A stretch of DNA of 64,000 nucleotides from positions 20,522,001 through 20,586,000 of the forward strand of contig OZ024742.1 of NCBI GenBank assembly GCA_964016885.1, given 5' to 3'. This document shows positions 12,965-24,594 of the stretch, in pieces. Made by a program: the position numbers and the translations under genes. Source of the DNA: Eledone cirrhosa (taxonomy: Eukaryota). Within the stretch, counting starts at the first letter, position 1. The number at the start of each line of letters is the position of its first letter. The notes beneath the pieces were generated by a model. The model did not search any database and had not been told where the DNA came from. It was given only the letters and a program-made list of their open reading frames with translations.

Positions 12965-13182
12965 AAGTATGAATATATTTAATATAATATATAAATACAG
13001 TTTACTCAGTAAATATCGATATCTATAAATTCAAAATATTGATTTTTAACAATGATCTCCATATGAAGAGTATTGAAGTGAAGGGGGAGCAACTCTTGTA
13101 TATCTTTCCTTAACAATAATTGTTTCTACTTTTTGGCATAAGGCCAGCATTACCAGTGCATTACTGGTACTTTATTTTATCA

Positions 13183-14018
13183 ACTACCACTAACATCTTA
13201 GCAAAAGGCACTTTGGATAACATGTTTTGGGGTTTCCTGCGCATGAAACTAGATGGTTTGGTCACGACTGGAATGTTTTTCATCCTAAGTGTCTGGCAAC
13301 GAGATCTAGATAGATTGTTGACTGCCAACTTGATGGCAGTGTAGTTATTGTTAAGGAAATAATATGACGTATTTCAATTAATTCCTTTGATTGGGTGAGG
13401 ATTAGGAATGAACTTCCGTCAGTTTCGAAGATGGGTGTTCCAGTTGTTCGATCAACAGAACAGGTTGTTTATAAAATTAACATATAAATGGCTGAGCATT
13501 CCAAAGAAACGCGCACATACCACGTAGTAGGATCGAACCCAGAATTTGAAATTCAGGAGATATATCATTACGCACACTTTGCGAAGTCCGACACCAAGAT
13601 TGATAGCTTTCGACTTAGCTCCATTTATCCGAACACAAATACTAGGGCATTCGTGTAGAGACTTCAGGACCACAAGTTATCCATCGATCCTATACTCCTG
13701 CAGAACCTTCCACGACAGGTCTCGTGGAACGCGGTCATCCTCCTTTTTGAGATCTACGAAACAAAAATCCACCTCTTGTTATTACTCCACGATGTCTCCA
13801 AAACCTGCCGCAGTGTGACTCTTTTGTCGGCTGTGCTGCGTCCGGGGTAAAACCACACTGTTTGCCATCAAGTTGGCAGTCAACAATCTACCTACATCTC
13901 GTTGCCAGACACTTAGAATGAAAAACATTCCAGTCGTGACCATCCCATCTAGTTTCATGCGCAGTAAACCCCAAAACATGTTATCTAAAGTGACTTTTGC
14001 TAAGATGTTAGTGGTAGT
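13183..14018 (-). mobile_element. Decayed RTE-clade LINE RT fragment with an inverted duplicated segment
   Basis: The minus strand gives FCFVDLKK..DRVPRDL and CVRINGAKSKAINLGVGLR. 13183-13340 is an inverted copy of ~13862-14018. Confidence 0.65.
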
Positions 14019-15102
14019 ATACAATTTGAGTGATATTTGGCTGCTATTTTCAGCATGTCCAGCGACTACGTTGACGCCTGTTTATAGCATTCATCCAGTC
14101 ACGTTGTACAAATATATTTGGTCTAAACTATAACATTCCTTCTTATAGATCAATAAAATAAGTTGTAGTAATATTCTATGTCGATTGACTTTGCTCCTCT
14201 TGTTGACATTAGTTGACATTGTTCTAAGTTAAAAGATATTTATGTGTGTTCAACATCTCTTGAATAAAATAGAGACTTTGCATCGGTCTCCGTCGAGACC
14301 TCTGGCGTCCTTGGTCCTCGCACTGGTGATTTCCTCCGTAAAGTCGGGAAGATGGTGATCAGTTTGAGAATGAAGCCTCGTGCGGTGGGGTGGCTGTTAC
14401 AGCGAGTGTCTCTGACCATTCTCTGTGGTAACACTTTCACCGTTTTGTCCATGTGGCGTGACTGGGGCACCGTTCAGACTAGGGTATAGTGTCTGTCCCT
14501 TTCCCTCTCCCTTTCTTTCGCAAATTGATCCTTCTTTCTTTTACTCCTTCTCTGCTCCCTTTTCTAATGTGTTTAGATTTCATCAAATACTGCTCAATTA
14601 TTTTTATTTAATAACAATGGCCTTTCATGACATTGTGAGATTTTATATATTGAATAAATATCATTTATTTTTGGGTCCCAAATATTCAGGGTTTGGAATA
14701 AGCAGTGGGGTGGAATAAGAGGAATGGGGGTCGGTAATTTTTCTAGGTTGTCTCCGTTCATTTTTTAAAAAACCAGAATTAGCCATTTAGTTTACATTTT
14801 GAGACTCGAACCCATCCTATTTATTTTATAACATGATATTTCTAGTAATGTACTTTTTTTTTTTGTCATGTATGTTTCTTTAATGTACAAACAAAAATAA
14901 TCGTCGCAGGAATGCTATCATTTAAAATAAAATTTTGCCTGAGATAGATTAGCAAAGTTTAATAAGGAGGGGGTAAGAGTGGGGTGGGTGGAAAAAATAT
15001 GAAAATGTAATAAGAAGGGGGGGGGAGGGTCGATTATTCGAGATCCAAGAGTACCTGGTATATAAAATGAAAATAAAAGAAAAACAATTAGGAGAAGGCT
15101 TG

Positions 15103-15172
15103 AGAGTTACCTCCCTTATTTTAAACATCCCGTCAAATAGAACTGAAGGCTGACGTAAACATGTCGGCCACT
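15103..15172 (+). promoter_or_regulatory. Candidate proximal promoter/start context of the host gene
   Basis: GAGTTACCTCCCTT motif and a CRE-like TGACGTAA just before AACATGTCGGCC (YY1-like start context). Function is inferred only. Confidence 0.3.
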
Positions 15173-15286
15173 ATGGAGTGTAAGACTCCACTTCAGATAG
15201 AAATTAGGAAGTTGAGGAAGAAATTACGACAGATTGAGAACCTTGAGCGGCTCGATCGGGGCCTATTTGAGGAAGAAATCATAAAA
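15161..15286 (+). CDS. Host gene coding exon 1; uncharacterised protein with an N-terminal PYM/eIF2A-C-like helical motif
   Basis: MSATMECKTPLQIEIRKLRKKLRQIENLERLDRGLFEEEIIK followed by a GTAAAT donor (phase 0). Confidence 0.75.
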
Positions 15287-16199
15287 GTAAATGTTTGTTA
15301 TTTTCTCTGTTGCTTTTCTGCGTTATTTCAGCGGAAAGATTAGTCCGGGCATGTGCGATCTTAATTGCTTGAATGTCAATAGTTTTAATTAATTAATCGA
15401 AATAAGCAGAGTTGTTGTCACATTAATACATCAATCTAAATTGTAAAACTATCATACACCATTGGATTGTCTCAATGTTTGTGTTGTGGCTAAGATACAT
15501 GCCATTTTGAATGCCACGTTTACATTATTAAAAATATCGTCTTAATCAGTTGATTACTATATAATCATTAACGGCTCCCTCGTTTACAACATATACCATT
15601 GATAGTTCATCTATTTAGCAAATATTGGCAATTACATATAATCTGAATCCCCCCTTACCTTCTCTTTAATTTCTATTTTAAACCAATTTCATTAAAAGTT
15701 CTGCAGTTCTTATTTATTGTTCATCGCAGAATTTCGTGATTTTCGGCGCAATATCAACTTCTGATGACAAAGGCGAGAATTTAAATAGCCATTAATATGA
15801 AAACTATCAACACGTTTTTAAAATGAAAAATCTTTTGTTTTCATTTTCTTTGTTTTGATATATTTTGTTCTGTTCGATTTTGTATTTTCCCACAGTTCCA
15901 CCCTTTTATTATTATTTTTATTTTTCGGCTTAAATCCCCTTCCCGATCAATTATTGAAATTAATATGTGTCTGTAGCAATGGAATTCTGCTCAGCAAAAC
16001 TTTTGCTTTCAATTTTTTAAAAATCGCGCAAAACGAACTCTGCTTAGATTCACCTTTGCTTTTAATAATCCATCTCGATTCTTTAGTATTCCATTCTATA
16101 TTTTAAATAATTTTATATTCTTTTTTTGTATATATTTATCTAAAAGCATAATATTTGACTCGGAATTTACTATTTCTGAATTCAAGTCTTTTTTCCTTC

Positions 16200-16510
16200 T
16201 TCTCTCACTTATTCCTGGGAGGATCGCGGGGGCAGGTGTCCTCAAACAATGCATCCAGCTGGTCCTGTCAAAAGCAACCGTCTTAAATTGATCGGGCTGT
16301 ATCCCGAAGGGAAACCAGCTGAGCTCATGGATGTTATCCAACCGTCTTGCTTGGAGTCTACCCTTGGGTCTCCTGCTGTTTGGTTTTGCCTCTAAAATCA
16401 GTCCAGCGATTTTTTTTTTTTTTTCTGAGACATTCTAACCACATGTCCATAGTATCGGAGCTGTAATCTCTCGAGTCGGACTACAAATTTATTTCCACCA
16501 GTTTTATAGG
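16200..16510 (-). mobile_element. RTE-clade LINE 3' fragment
   Basis: Reverse complement of the RTE 3' end (RRPKGRLQARRLDNIHELSW), with a (TTC)n tail at the left end. Confidence 0.65.
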
Positions 16511-17055
16511 TATCTGCCTTTTACCCCTTCCATTACCATATTTCTAATGAAATACATCTTCACCCTGCTAGCAAATAAAGTTCATTTACTGTTATCTTTA
16601 TTGATGATCAGTGAGATTAGTCACAGACAAAAGAAATCTGAACATTATACCCTGGGCAAAGCTTATAGTCCACTTTGTCTTCATTATGTTGAAATAGATG
16701 TTGACAATTTCACAGGTTATCAACACAGACTGTCCTAATATATTGACAAGATCAAAATCATCAACATCATTGTCATCATTTAACATCCATTCTTTCAGAT
16801 AGCAATGGTCAGACAGGTTGTCATAAACCAAGTCAGTACTTAATTGGAGCTACTGACCTCTCAGATGGGCCGGGGGAGCTGTATCTTGCTGACATACATC
16901 TCCTCACATATGACCAGTATCTGTAGGCATAAATACAGTCTTCAGCTAACACAGATTCCCTCTCCAAAACAACCCCCATCTTCAACAACACCTGTTTAGA
17001 TAATCCCATTTTTTCTACATTTAACCCTTTTAATTACCTGTAAATTATATATAGT

Positions 17056-17330
17056 CGCAGGGTTTAGTGGTTAGAGTGTTAAGCTCACGATTCTAAGGTT
17101 ATGAGTTTGAATCCCAGACCAGGCAATGCATTGTGTCCTTGAGCAAGACACTTTATTTCACATTGCTACAATTTACTCAACTGGAGAAATGTGTTGTGTC
17201 ATCACTGGTGCCAAGCTGTATCGGCCATTGCCTTTCTCTTGGATATTGGTGGCATGATCTTCCATAAATAACTGAAGGGGAACTTTCTAGGTGCAAAACC
17301 ATGGTCATTGATGACCGAAGGGAGCCTTAA
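17056..17330 (+). mobile_element. SINE family B variant
   Basis: GGTTTAGTGGTTAGAG...GAGTTTGAATCCC...TTGTGTCCTTGAGCAAGACACTTTATTTCAC. Confidence 0.75.
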
Positions 17331-18319
17331 AATATATTATCCTTGGTATCTCTCTCTCCAAGTTCATTTTTATGACACCAGCACTAGGGAAGTTGTTATG
17401 TCTCTGGCACAACTGAAGAGTCCCCTATACCCTTTGTTTGGCAGGTCTTCTATGGCTGGATAATCTCATATTTTAAATGTGATAATTGCATACTATTATA
17501 TCTAGAGCCTCCATATGTCTCCTTGGAACATGGATCAGCAGTTAGAAAGTTCCTCATCAAGGAGCAGGCATAGGGAAATATTTAGACAACATCCAGAAAA
17601 AAGTCGCTTGATTTCAAATTGTTCTGTCACTCTTGAGCCTCTGGCCCACGAACATGCTCTTTCCTCTCTCTGCCTCTCTGACCTTTACTACGAAGGTCTC
17701 TGCTCCTCGGTGCTTGCTGGACACATGTCACCTCCACTCAGGAACTTCTGTGTCATTCATTTCAATTCATTTCATCACTTATGTTGTGTCCAAATCCATA
17801 GGTCCCCATACTAACCACTTTACTCAGTCATTTATGTACAGAACGCTGGCCTACTAGAACTTGTTCCCAGCTCATACCTTTCCTAATGGAGTGAACTTGC
17901 AATAATTTAAACAGACCATCAATGATACTGATCCCTCTTGTGTTGGCGGGCCTATGAAGACAATGGGCACTGAGCCTTCATCTTGTCCTACTGAGGAAAA
18001 AAAAAACATTTATTGCTTGGATAATCTCAGTTCATGAAGGGTTTATTTTTTTCAACTCATTATATTTCACCATTGTTTTGTACATTCAGCAATAGAAACC
18101 AAGCCAAAATACAGATTTGTATGAGCAAGATGTGGTGTCAGGACCTGACCTGATTCATAACATGTCAACCCATTTAACCTATGCTAGTGTGTAAAATGGA
18201 CATTACACGACTATGATGATGATGATGATAGTCTTGGTGGTGGTGATGATGATGATGATGATCATGTTAAAATTGGTTGTTAAATAGTTCTTTTAAAGAA
18301 ATATTTTCCTATATTTCAG

Positions 18320-18627
18320 ATTAAAAAAAGAGATAGCATCCGTGAACGTTTACGTGAGCTGCTCATTGAAGAAGCTGAGATTTGGGCCAGTAAAGAGGCC
18401 GCTCAAGCAAAGTTAGTTGTTGAACAGGAGACAACTCAGAGAAACTCTGTCAGAGATGTTGAAACTGAAATATTGTCAGCATTCAATGAAGAAAATACAC
18501 ACTTCGAAGAAGAATTTATATCACAAAATAATACAGAAATATCACAAAATAATTCACATGAGGTCCTTCAACAGAAAGACAATGAGGATTTGGAAACACA
18601 AAACCAACAAGCTGCTGACAGTGTGGA
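18320..18627 (+). CDS. Host gene coding exon 2 (acidic, low-complexity)
   Basis: TTTCAG acceptor and a 308-nt open frame IKKRDSIRERLRELLIEEAEIW...QAADSV in phase with exon 1; GTAAGT donor (phase 2). Confidence 0.75.
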
Positions 18628-19341
18628 GTAAGTATTTGCTTTAACCCTTTAGCATTTAAACCAGCCGTATCCAGCCAGAATTCTCTTACCTCTTTCTGTT
18701 CAAACCGACTGTAACTGGCCACTCATACTGATGTTTAGGTATTGTTCTCAAAATAAATAAGATCAAAATCTCATAGATTTGATATTATGAGAGATAATTA
18801 TGTGAGGTAAAGCCTTTACCGTGAAAATATAATAGTAAATATAGAGTAATAGAAATGCTAAAGTGTTAATTGAATTGTTTTATATGAAATTAGAGATGTG
18901 TGCCTCACAACGCAAATGACCATAATAATATATATATATACAACTCTACCTTATTATATACACCTACACTGTATTATATACACCTACACTGTATTATACT
19001 GGCTCTCCGTTGGTTACAATGATCAGTGTAACAGTCAATCTGATCAACAGAACAACATGCTTGTAAAATTAACATGCAAGTGGCTGAGCATTCCACAGAC
19101 ATGCATACCCTTACCATAGTTCTCAGGGAGATTCAGCATGACACAGAATGTGACAAGGCTGACCCTTCTAATTACAGGTACAACTCATTTTTAGCAGCTG
19201 AGTGAACTGGAGCAACAGGAAATAAAGTGTGTATATCAAATATAAAAACAATTTATAACATTTGAATAAACACGGGATTTGTATATTTAATATTCTATGT
19301 GTGTATGTGTGTATTTAAGTGCATTTATTTTAAGTATGAAT

Positions 19342-19618
19342 GAAAGACTCCCATCGGTCACTAATGACCATGGTTTTGCACTTAGACAGTTTCTCTCCGA
19401 GGTAACTGTTTGTGGAAGACCAGCAGTTGCCCATGTATACCAAGTATACCAGTCTTCCCTCGCCATGCCACCAATGTTGTCCTAGGGAATGGCAATGGCT
19501 GTTACAGCTTGGCACCAGTGACGTCACAACTCATTTCTACAGCTGAGTAAACTGAGAATTGAACTCACAACCTCAATTGCAATCCCAATACTCTAACCAC
19601 TAAGCCATGCGCCTTCAC
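19342..19618 (-). mobile_element. SINE family B variant
   Basis: Similar to 12668-12964. Confidence 0.7.
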
Positions 19619-20379
19619 TGTATTATATATATATATATATATCGGTACAGTATATGGAAGGAATATATAAGGTTATATATATATATATAAAGCATTAAGA
19701 CGTTGGATAGAATACTTTATGGTATTCATCCCACTTCATTGCGTGCTCTGAGTTCAAATCCCGCCGTGGACAAATTTGCCTTTCATCCTTTCAAGGTCAA
19801 TAGAAAAAGTACCTGTCCAGTACTATGGTCAATTCTTTCTCTATAGGAAAAGTCAGCTATGTTCAGACCTGGAGAAGGTTGGGCTCCGCCAGTTTTAAAA
19901 GCCCTAGACACATATGATGGTGCCTCTACAACTCCACATGGGATCTTTATCCTTTTATATATATATATATATACTGGCCATATTATTATAAGTTATGGAG
20001 GCACATGGCTTAGTGGTTATTGGCCTTGCAATCGAAAGGTTCAATTCTCAGACCAGGTGATGTGTTGTTTCCTTGAGCAAGACACTTTATTTCACATTGC
20101 TCCAGTTTACTCAGCTGTAGAAATGAGATGATGGGACTGGGGTCCCTATCATTCCACTGCAAAGTGGTCGTGGAGGTGCCCGGCAAAAAGGCACCCAGCC
20201 AACACTGTAAAGTGGACGTGTCGGCGCCACGGAAAAAAAGCACCCAGCACTCACTGTAAATGAGGTTGGTGTTAGGAAGGGCATCCAGCTGTAGAAATCA
20301 AGCCAGAATCAGTTCCCGTCCCACCCGTGCAAACAGGGAAAAGCGGACGTAAGATGATCATGATGATATATATATATAT

Positions 20380-20472
20380 AAGGAAAAAAGATGAAATCGA
20401 AAATGCAACTGGAGTCTTTATAATATTCTTAAAAAGACTCCAGTTGCATTTTCGATTTCATCTTTTTTCCTT
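20380..20472. repeat. Perfect ~40-bp inverted repeat between (TA)n runs
   Basis: AAGGAAAAAAGATGAAATCGAAAATGCAACTGGAGTCTTT ... AAAGACTCCAGTTGCATTTTCGATTTCATCTTTTTTCCTT. Confidence 0.85.
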
Positions 20473-20531
20473 TTACTTTCACTCGTGTAGGACATCTCGT
20501 TTTTTTTCCATTTAAAAAAAAACCTCCTTTT

Positions 20532-20614
<83 letters not shown>

Positions 20615-20799
20615 CACTCTACTCCACATATTATATACTGCACTACTATATCATATATCTATACACTATATTATATATCATACTAGTGTATGTAATTAAT
20701 TATATCATACACAACATTGCCATCTTATATTCCACTCTGTTATAAAGAGCAAGCTTCTATATCTAACTTCTGTTGATTTAAAGAAGGTCTTTGACTGAG

Positions 20800-21466
20800 T
20801 ACCATGTTCTATCATCTGGTGGTCTTAGAATTTGCATCACCAGTCTGGAACCCCTATCTTGTTCAGAACATTGACTGCCTGGAAACTGTTCAGAGACGTG
20901 CAACCAAGCGAATACCCTCCATCAGGCATCTTCCATACTCTGAACGCCTTGCTTGCATGGATACATTGAAGCTCCGATGTCTGGCAACTGACTTGGTAAA
21001 CACCCACAAAATTATTAACCATCTTGCCAACAACAGCCCTAAGGACCTTTTTGATTTCCATGTGTCGAACACACGTGGGCATGCCAACAAAGTCAGAAAA
21101 CAGCACAGCTCCCATGACTTTCGGAAACATTTTTACACACTCAGAGTCGCTGAAGCATGGAACAAACTCCCTGCATCAGTTGTTAGCTGTCGAGACACTG
21201 CATCCTTTAAAACCTCCATGGAACAAACTCCCAGCATCAGTTGTTAGCTGTCGAAACACTACAACCTTTAAAACCTCCATGCTTCCTGAGATTCGCCAAC
21301 ACTACTCCTGATGTCCCCCCTCCATACACACGCACACATGTATATCATGACTCGTACACTGTTCATTTTCCTGACATTTGAACATTATTCTATGTACTAT
21401 ACATGCACCTTTGATGAGTTGTAGTGCACCTGATCACTGTACACAATAATTTCATTATTATTATTA
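20800..21466 (+). mobile_element. CR1/L2-group LINE 3' fragment
   Basis: LEFASPVWNPYL...LETVQRRATKRIP...YSERL...TRGH...RVAEAWNKLP, an internal ~60-bp duplication and an (ATT)n tail. Confidence 0.85.
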
Positions 21467-21845
21467 AGGAAACTAGGTGTAGAACAATAGCTTGTGAGAG
21501 CAGTGGGAGCCATGTACAATGGAGCTGTCAGTAAGCTGAGAGTAGGAAGTGAGTTAGGTGAGGAATCTAAGTTACAGGTAGGTCTGCATCAGGGCCCAGT
21601 CCTCAGCCTACTTCTGTTTATTATAACTCTCCAGGCTATAACAGACAAGTCCATGATTGGTTGTCCATGGGAACTTCTGTACACTGATGATCTGGTTCTT
21701 ATATCTAAGTCTGTAGAAGAACTAGATTATATTTTCCAGCTGTGGAAACAGAAATTAGAATCAAAAGGGCTAAGAGTAATCTTAGGAAAAATTAAAATGT
21801 TAATAAGTAGGAAAGAAGACAGGGCCCTGATCCCATCAGGAAAGT
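21467..21845 (+). mobile_element. RTE-clade LINE RT fragment
   Basis: VGLHQGPVLSLLLFII...PWELLYTDDLVLI. Confidence 0.8.
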
Positions 21846-21889
21846 AGTCTTTCTTGATATATATATATGTATGTGTGTGTTTATATATC

Positions 21890-22110
21890 ACAGGTGTAGT
21901 TTTGTGTCCTATGGGCAGTACTGTACACATTTTTCCATCTCCAGTTTTTATATGTATATGTGTATATTGCAGGTGTAGTTTTGTGTCCTATGGGCAGTAC
22001 TGTACACATTTTTCCATCTCCAGTTTTTATATGTATGTGTGTATATTGCAGGTGTAGTTTTGTGTCCTATGGGCAGTACTGTACACATTTTTCCATCTCC
22101 AGTGTTTATA
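21890..22110. repeat. Tandem repeat, ~80 bp x 3
   Basis: CAGGTGTAGTTTTGTGTCCTATGGGCAGTACTGTACAC repeated three times. Confidence 0.85.
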
Positions 22111-22696
22111 GGCCCAACTTAGACTATTTTTCATAGTCAAACAACATTAATGCTTTTAACTTTCATATTCAAAATCTTCCTGTCACTCAATGATTCTAAA
22201 AATATTTTTTTTACATATATATCACTGTTAATAATCACCCAGAAGATTTTTTTTTAATTGAGAAATTCCCTGAGGATCTGTGATGTCTCACATTGTGGGG
22301 TATCCTAAATTATTGGAATATCCAAGTTGTTGCTTACAAAATGAAATTGCAGTCAGGACATCAAAGTAAATTGGTAATTTATTACTTTGCTTTTCCCACT
22401 TATGACTATATATGTGTGTGTATATATATGTGGGCATATAGGTGTCAAGACAAAAACCATCCAGCCCACACTGTGAATGTGGTTGGCATTAGGAAGGACA
22501 TCCAGCGATAGAAACCTAGCCAAAATCAGTTGTGTGTGAGCAAAATATGGTCCTCCGACCTGAGATCCAAGTCAGAGAATCTCTTACAATAGGACAGCCC
22601 GTTCAACCCATGCTAGCGTGGAAAATGGACGTTAAACGATGTTTATAATTATGATGATGATGATTATATGTACTACTCTGCTATATTTTGTTTCAG

Positions 22697-22737
22697 AGGT
22701 AATGTGGTGGCCAGGAAACAGACAACACCAAAACAAA
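22697..22737 (+). CDS. Host gene candidate coding exon 3
   Basis: TTTTGTTTCAG acceptor and a 41-nt exon (E)GNVVARKQTTPKQ, phase-compatible with exon 2; GTGAGT donor. Confidence 0.55.
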
Positions 22738-22784
22738 GTGAGTTTATTAGTAATATCTATCAGTTTTATCTTCTATCTCATACA

Positions 22785-23080
22785 TACCACCACCACAACA
22801 CAGACGACCACACTACATCCAACACCAGCACCACCATACCACCGCCACCACCACCACACCACCACCTCCACCACCACCATACCACCGCCGCCACCACACC
22901 ACCACCTCCACCACCACCACCACCACCACCACACCTCTATACCACCACACCACTATACCACCACCACCACACCCCTATATCACCACCATACAGACCACCA
23001 CCACATCCACCACACTATCACACCACCTCCACCGCACCACATCACCACACCACCTCCAGCACACCACCACACCACCACGC
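22785..23080. repeat. (CCA)n low-complexity tract
   Basis: Degenerate trinucleotide repeat. Confidence 0.9.
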
Positions 23081-23082
23081 AC

Positions 23083-23364
23083 AATGGGCTCTGTTAGTAC
23101 CCAAGACATGATGTCTGACTGTCTCTCTCTCTCCCTCCCTCGGTTCAGTCTTGGAGTGAGGATGGGCTCTGTTAGTACCCAAGACATGATGTCTGACTGT
23201 CTCTCTCTCTCTCTCTCTCTCTCTCAGTTCAGTCTTGGAGTGAGGATCGGCTCTGTTAGTACCCAAGACATGATGTCTGACTGTCTCTCTCTCTCTCTCT
23301 CTCTCTTTCAGTTCAGTCTTGGAGTGACGATGGGCTCTGTTAGTACCCAAGACATGATGTCTGA

Positions 23365-23419
<55 letters not shown>

Positions 23420-23557
23420 CAGTCTTGGAGTGAGGATCGGCTCTGTTAGTACCCAAGACATGATGTCTGACTGTCTCTCTCTCTCACTCTCTCTCTCTCA
23501 GTTCAGTCTTGGAGTGAGGATCGGCTCTGTTAGTACCCAAGACATGAGGTCTGACTG

Positions 23558-23635
<78 letters not shown>

Positions 23636-24240
23636 CAGTCTTGGAGTGAGGATCGGCTCTGTTAGTACCCAAGACATGATGTCTGACTGTCTCTCTCTCT
23701 CTCCCTCCCTCAGTTCAGTCTTGGAGTGAGGATGGGCTCTGTTAGTACCCAAGACATGATGTCTGACTGTCTCTCTCTCTCTCTCTCTCTCTCAGTTCAG
23801 TCTTGGAGTGAGGATCGGCTCTGTTAGTACCCAAGACATGAGGTCTGACTGTCTCTCTCTCTCTCTCTCTCAGTTCAGTCTTGGAGTGAGGATGGGTTCT
23901 GTTAGTACCCAAGACATGATGTCTGACTGTCTCTCTCTCTCTCTCCCTCAGTTCAGTCTTGGAGTGAGGATGGCTTCTGTTAGTACCCAAGACATGATGT
24001 CTGACTGTCTCTCTCTCTCTCCCTCCCTCAGTTCAGTCTTAGTGTGAGGATGGGTTCTGTTAGTACCCAAGACATGATGTCTGACTGTCTCTCTCTCTCT
24101 CTCCCTCAGTTCAGTCTTGGAGTGAGGGTGGCTTCTGTTAGTACCCAAGACATGATGTCTGACTGTCTCTCTCTCTCTCTCCCTCAGTTCAGTCTTGCAG
24201 TGAGGATGGCTTCTGTTAGTACCCAAGACATGATATCTGA

Positions 24241-24313
<73 letters not shown>

Positions 24314-24394
24314 CAGTCTTGGAGTGAGGATGGGCTCTGTTAGTACCCAAGACATGATGTCTGACTGTCTCTCTCTCTCTCTCTCTCTCTCTCT
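23083..24394. repeat. Compound minisatellite: ~60-bp constant unit plus variable (CT)n, ~15 copies, cut by the gap
   Basis: GATGGGCTCTGTTAGTACCCAAGACATGATGTCTGACTGT-(CT)n-CAGTTCAGTCTTGGAGTGAG. Confidence 0.92.
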
Positions 24395-24594
24395 NNNNNN
24401 NNNNNNNNNNNNNNNNNNNNNNNNNNNNNNNNNNNNNNNNNNNNNNNNNNNNNNNNNNNNNNNNNNNNNNNNNNNNNNNNNNNNNNNNNNNNNNNNNNNN
24501 NNNNNNNNNNNNNNNNNNNNNNNNNNNNNNNNNNNNNNNNNNNNNNNNNNNNNNNNNNNNNNNNNNNNNNNNNNNNNNNNNNNNNNNNNNNNNN
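24395..24594. other. Assembly gap (200 N)
   Basis: Run of N. Confidence 1.

Noticed and set aside
22639-23111. Pro/His/Thr-rich ORFs
   Set aside because: Derived from the (CCA)n tract; only the 41-nt exon has splice support
23083-24394. CRISPR-like repeat-spacer appearance
   Set aside because: The spacers are only (CT)n, the repeats are ~60 bp, the context is a eukaryotic intron, and there are no cas genes
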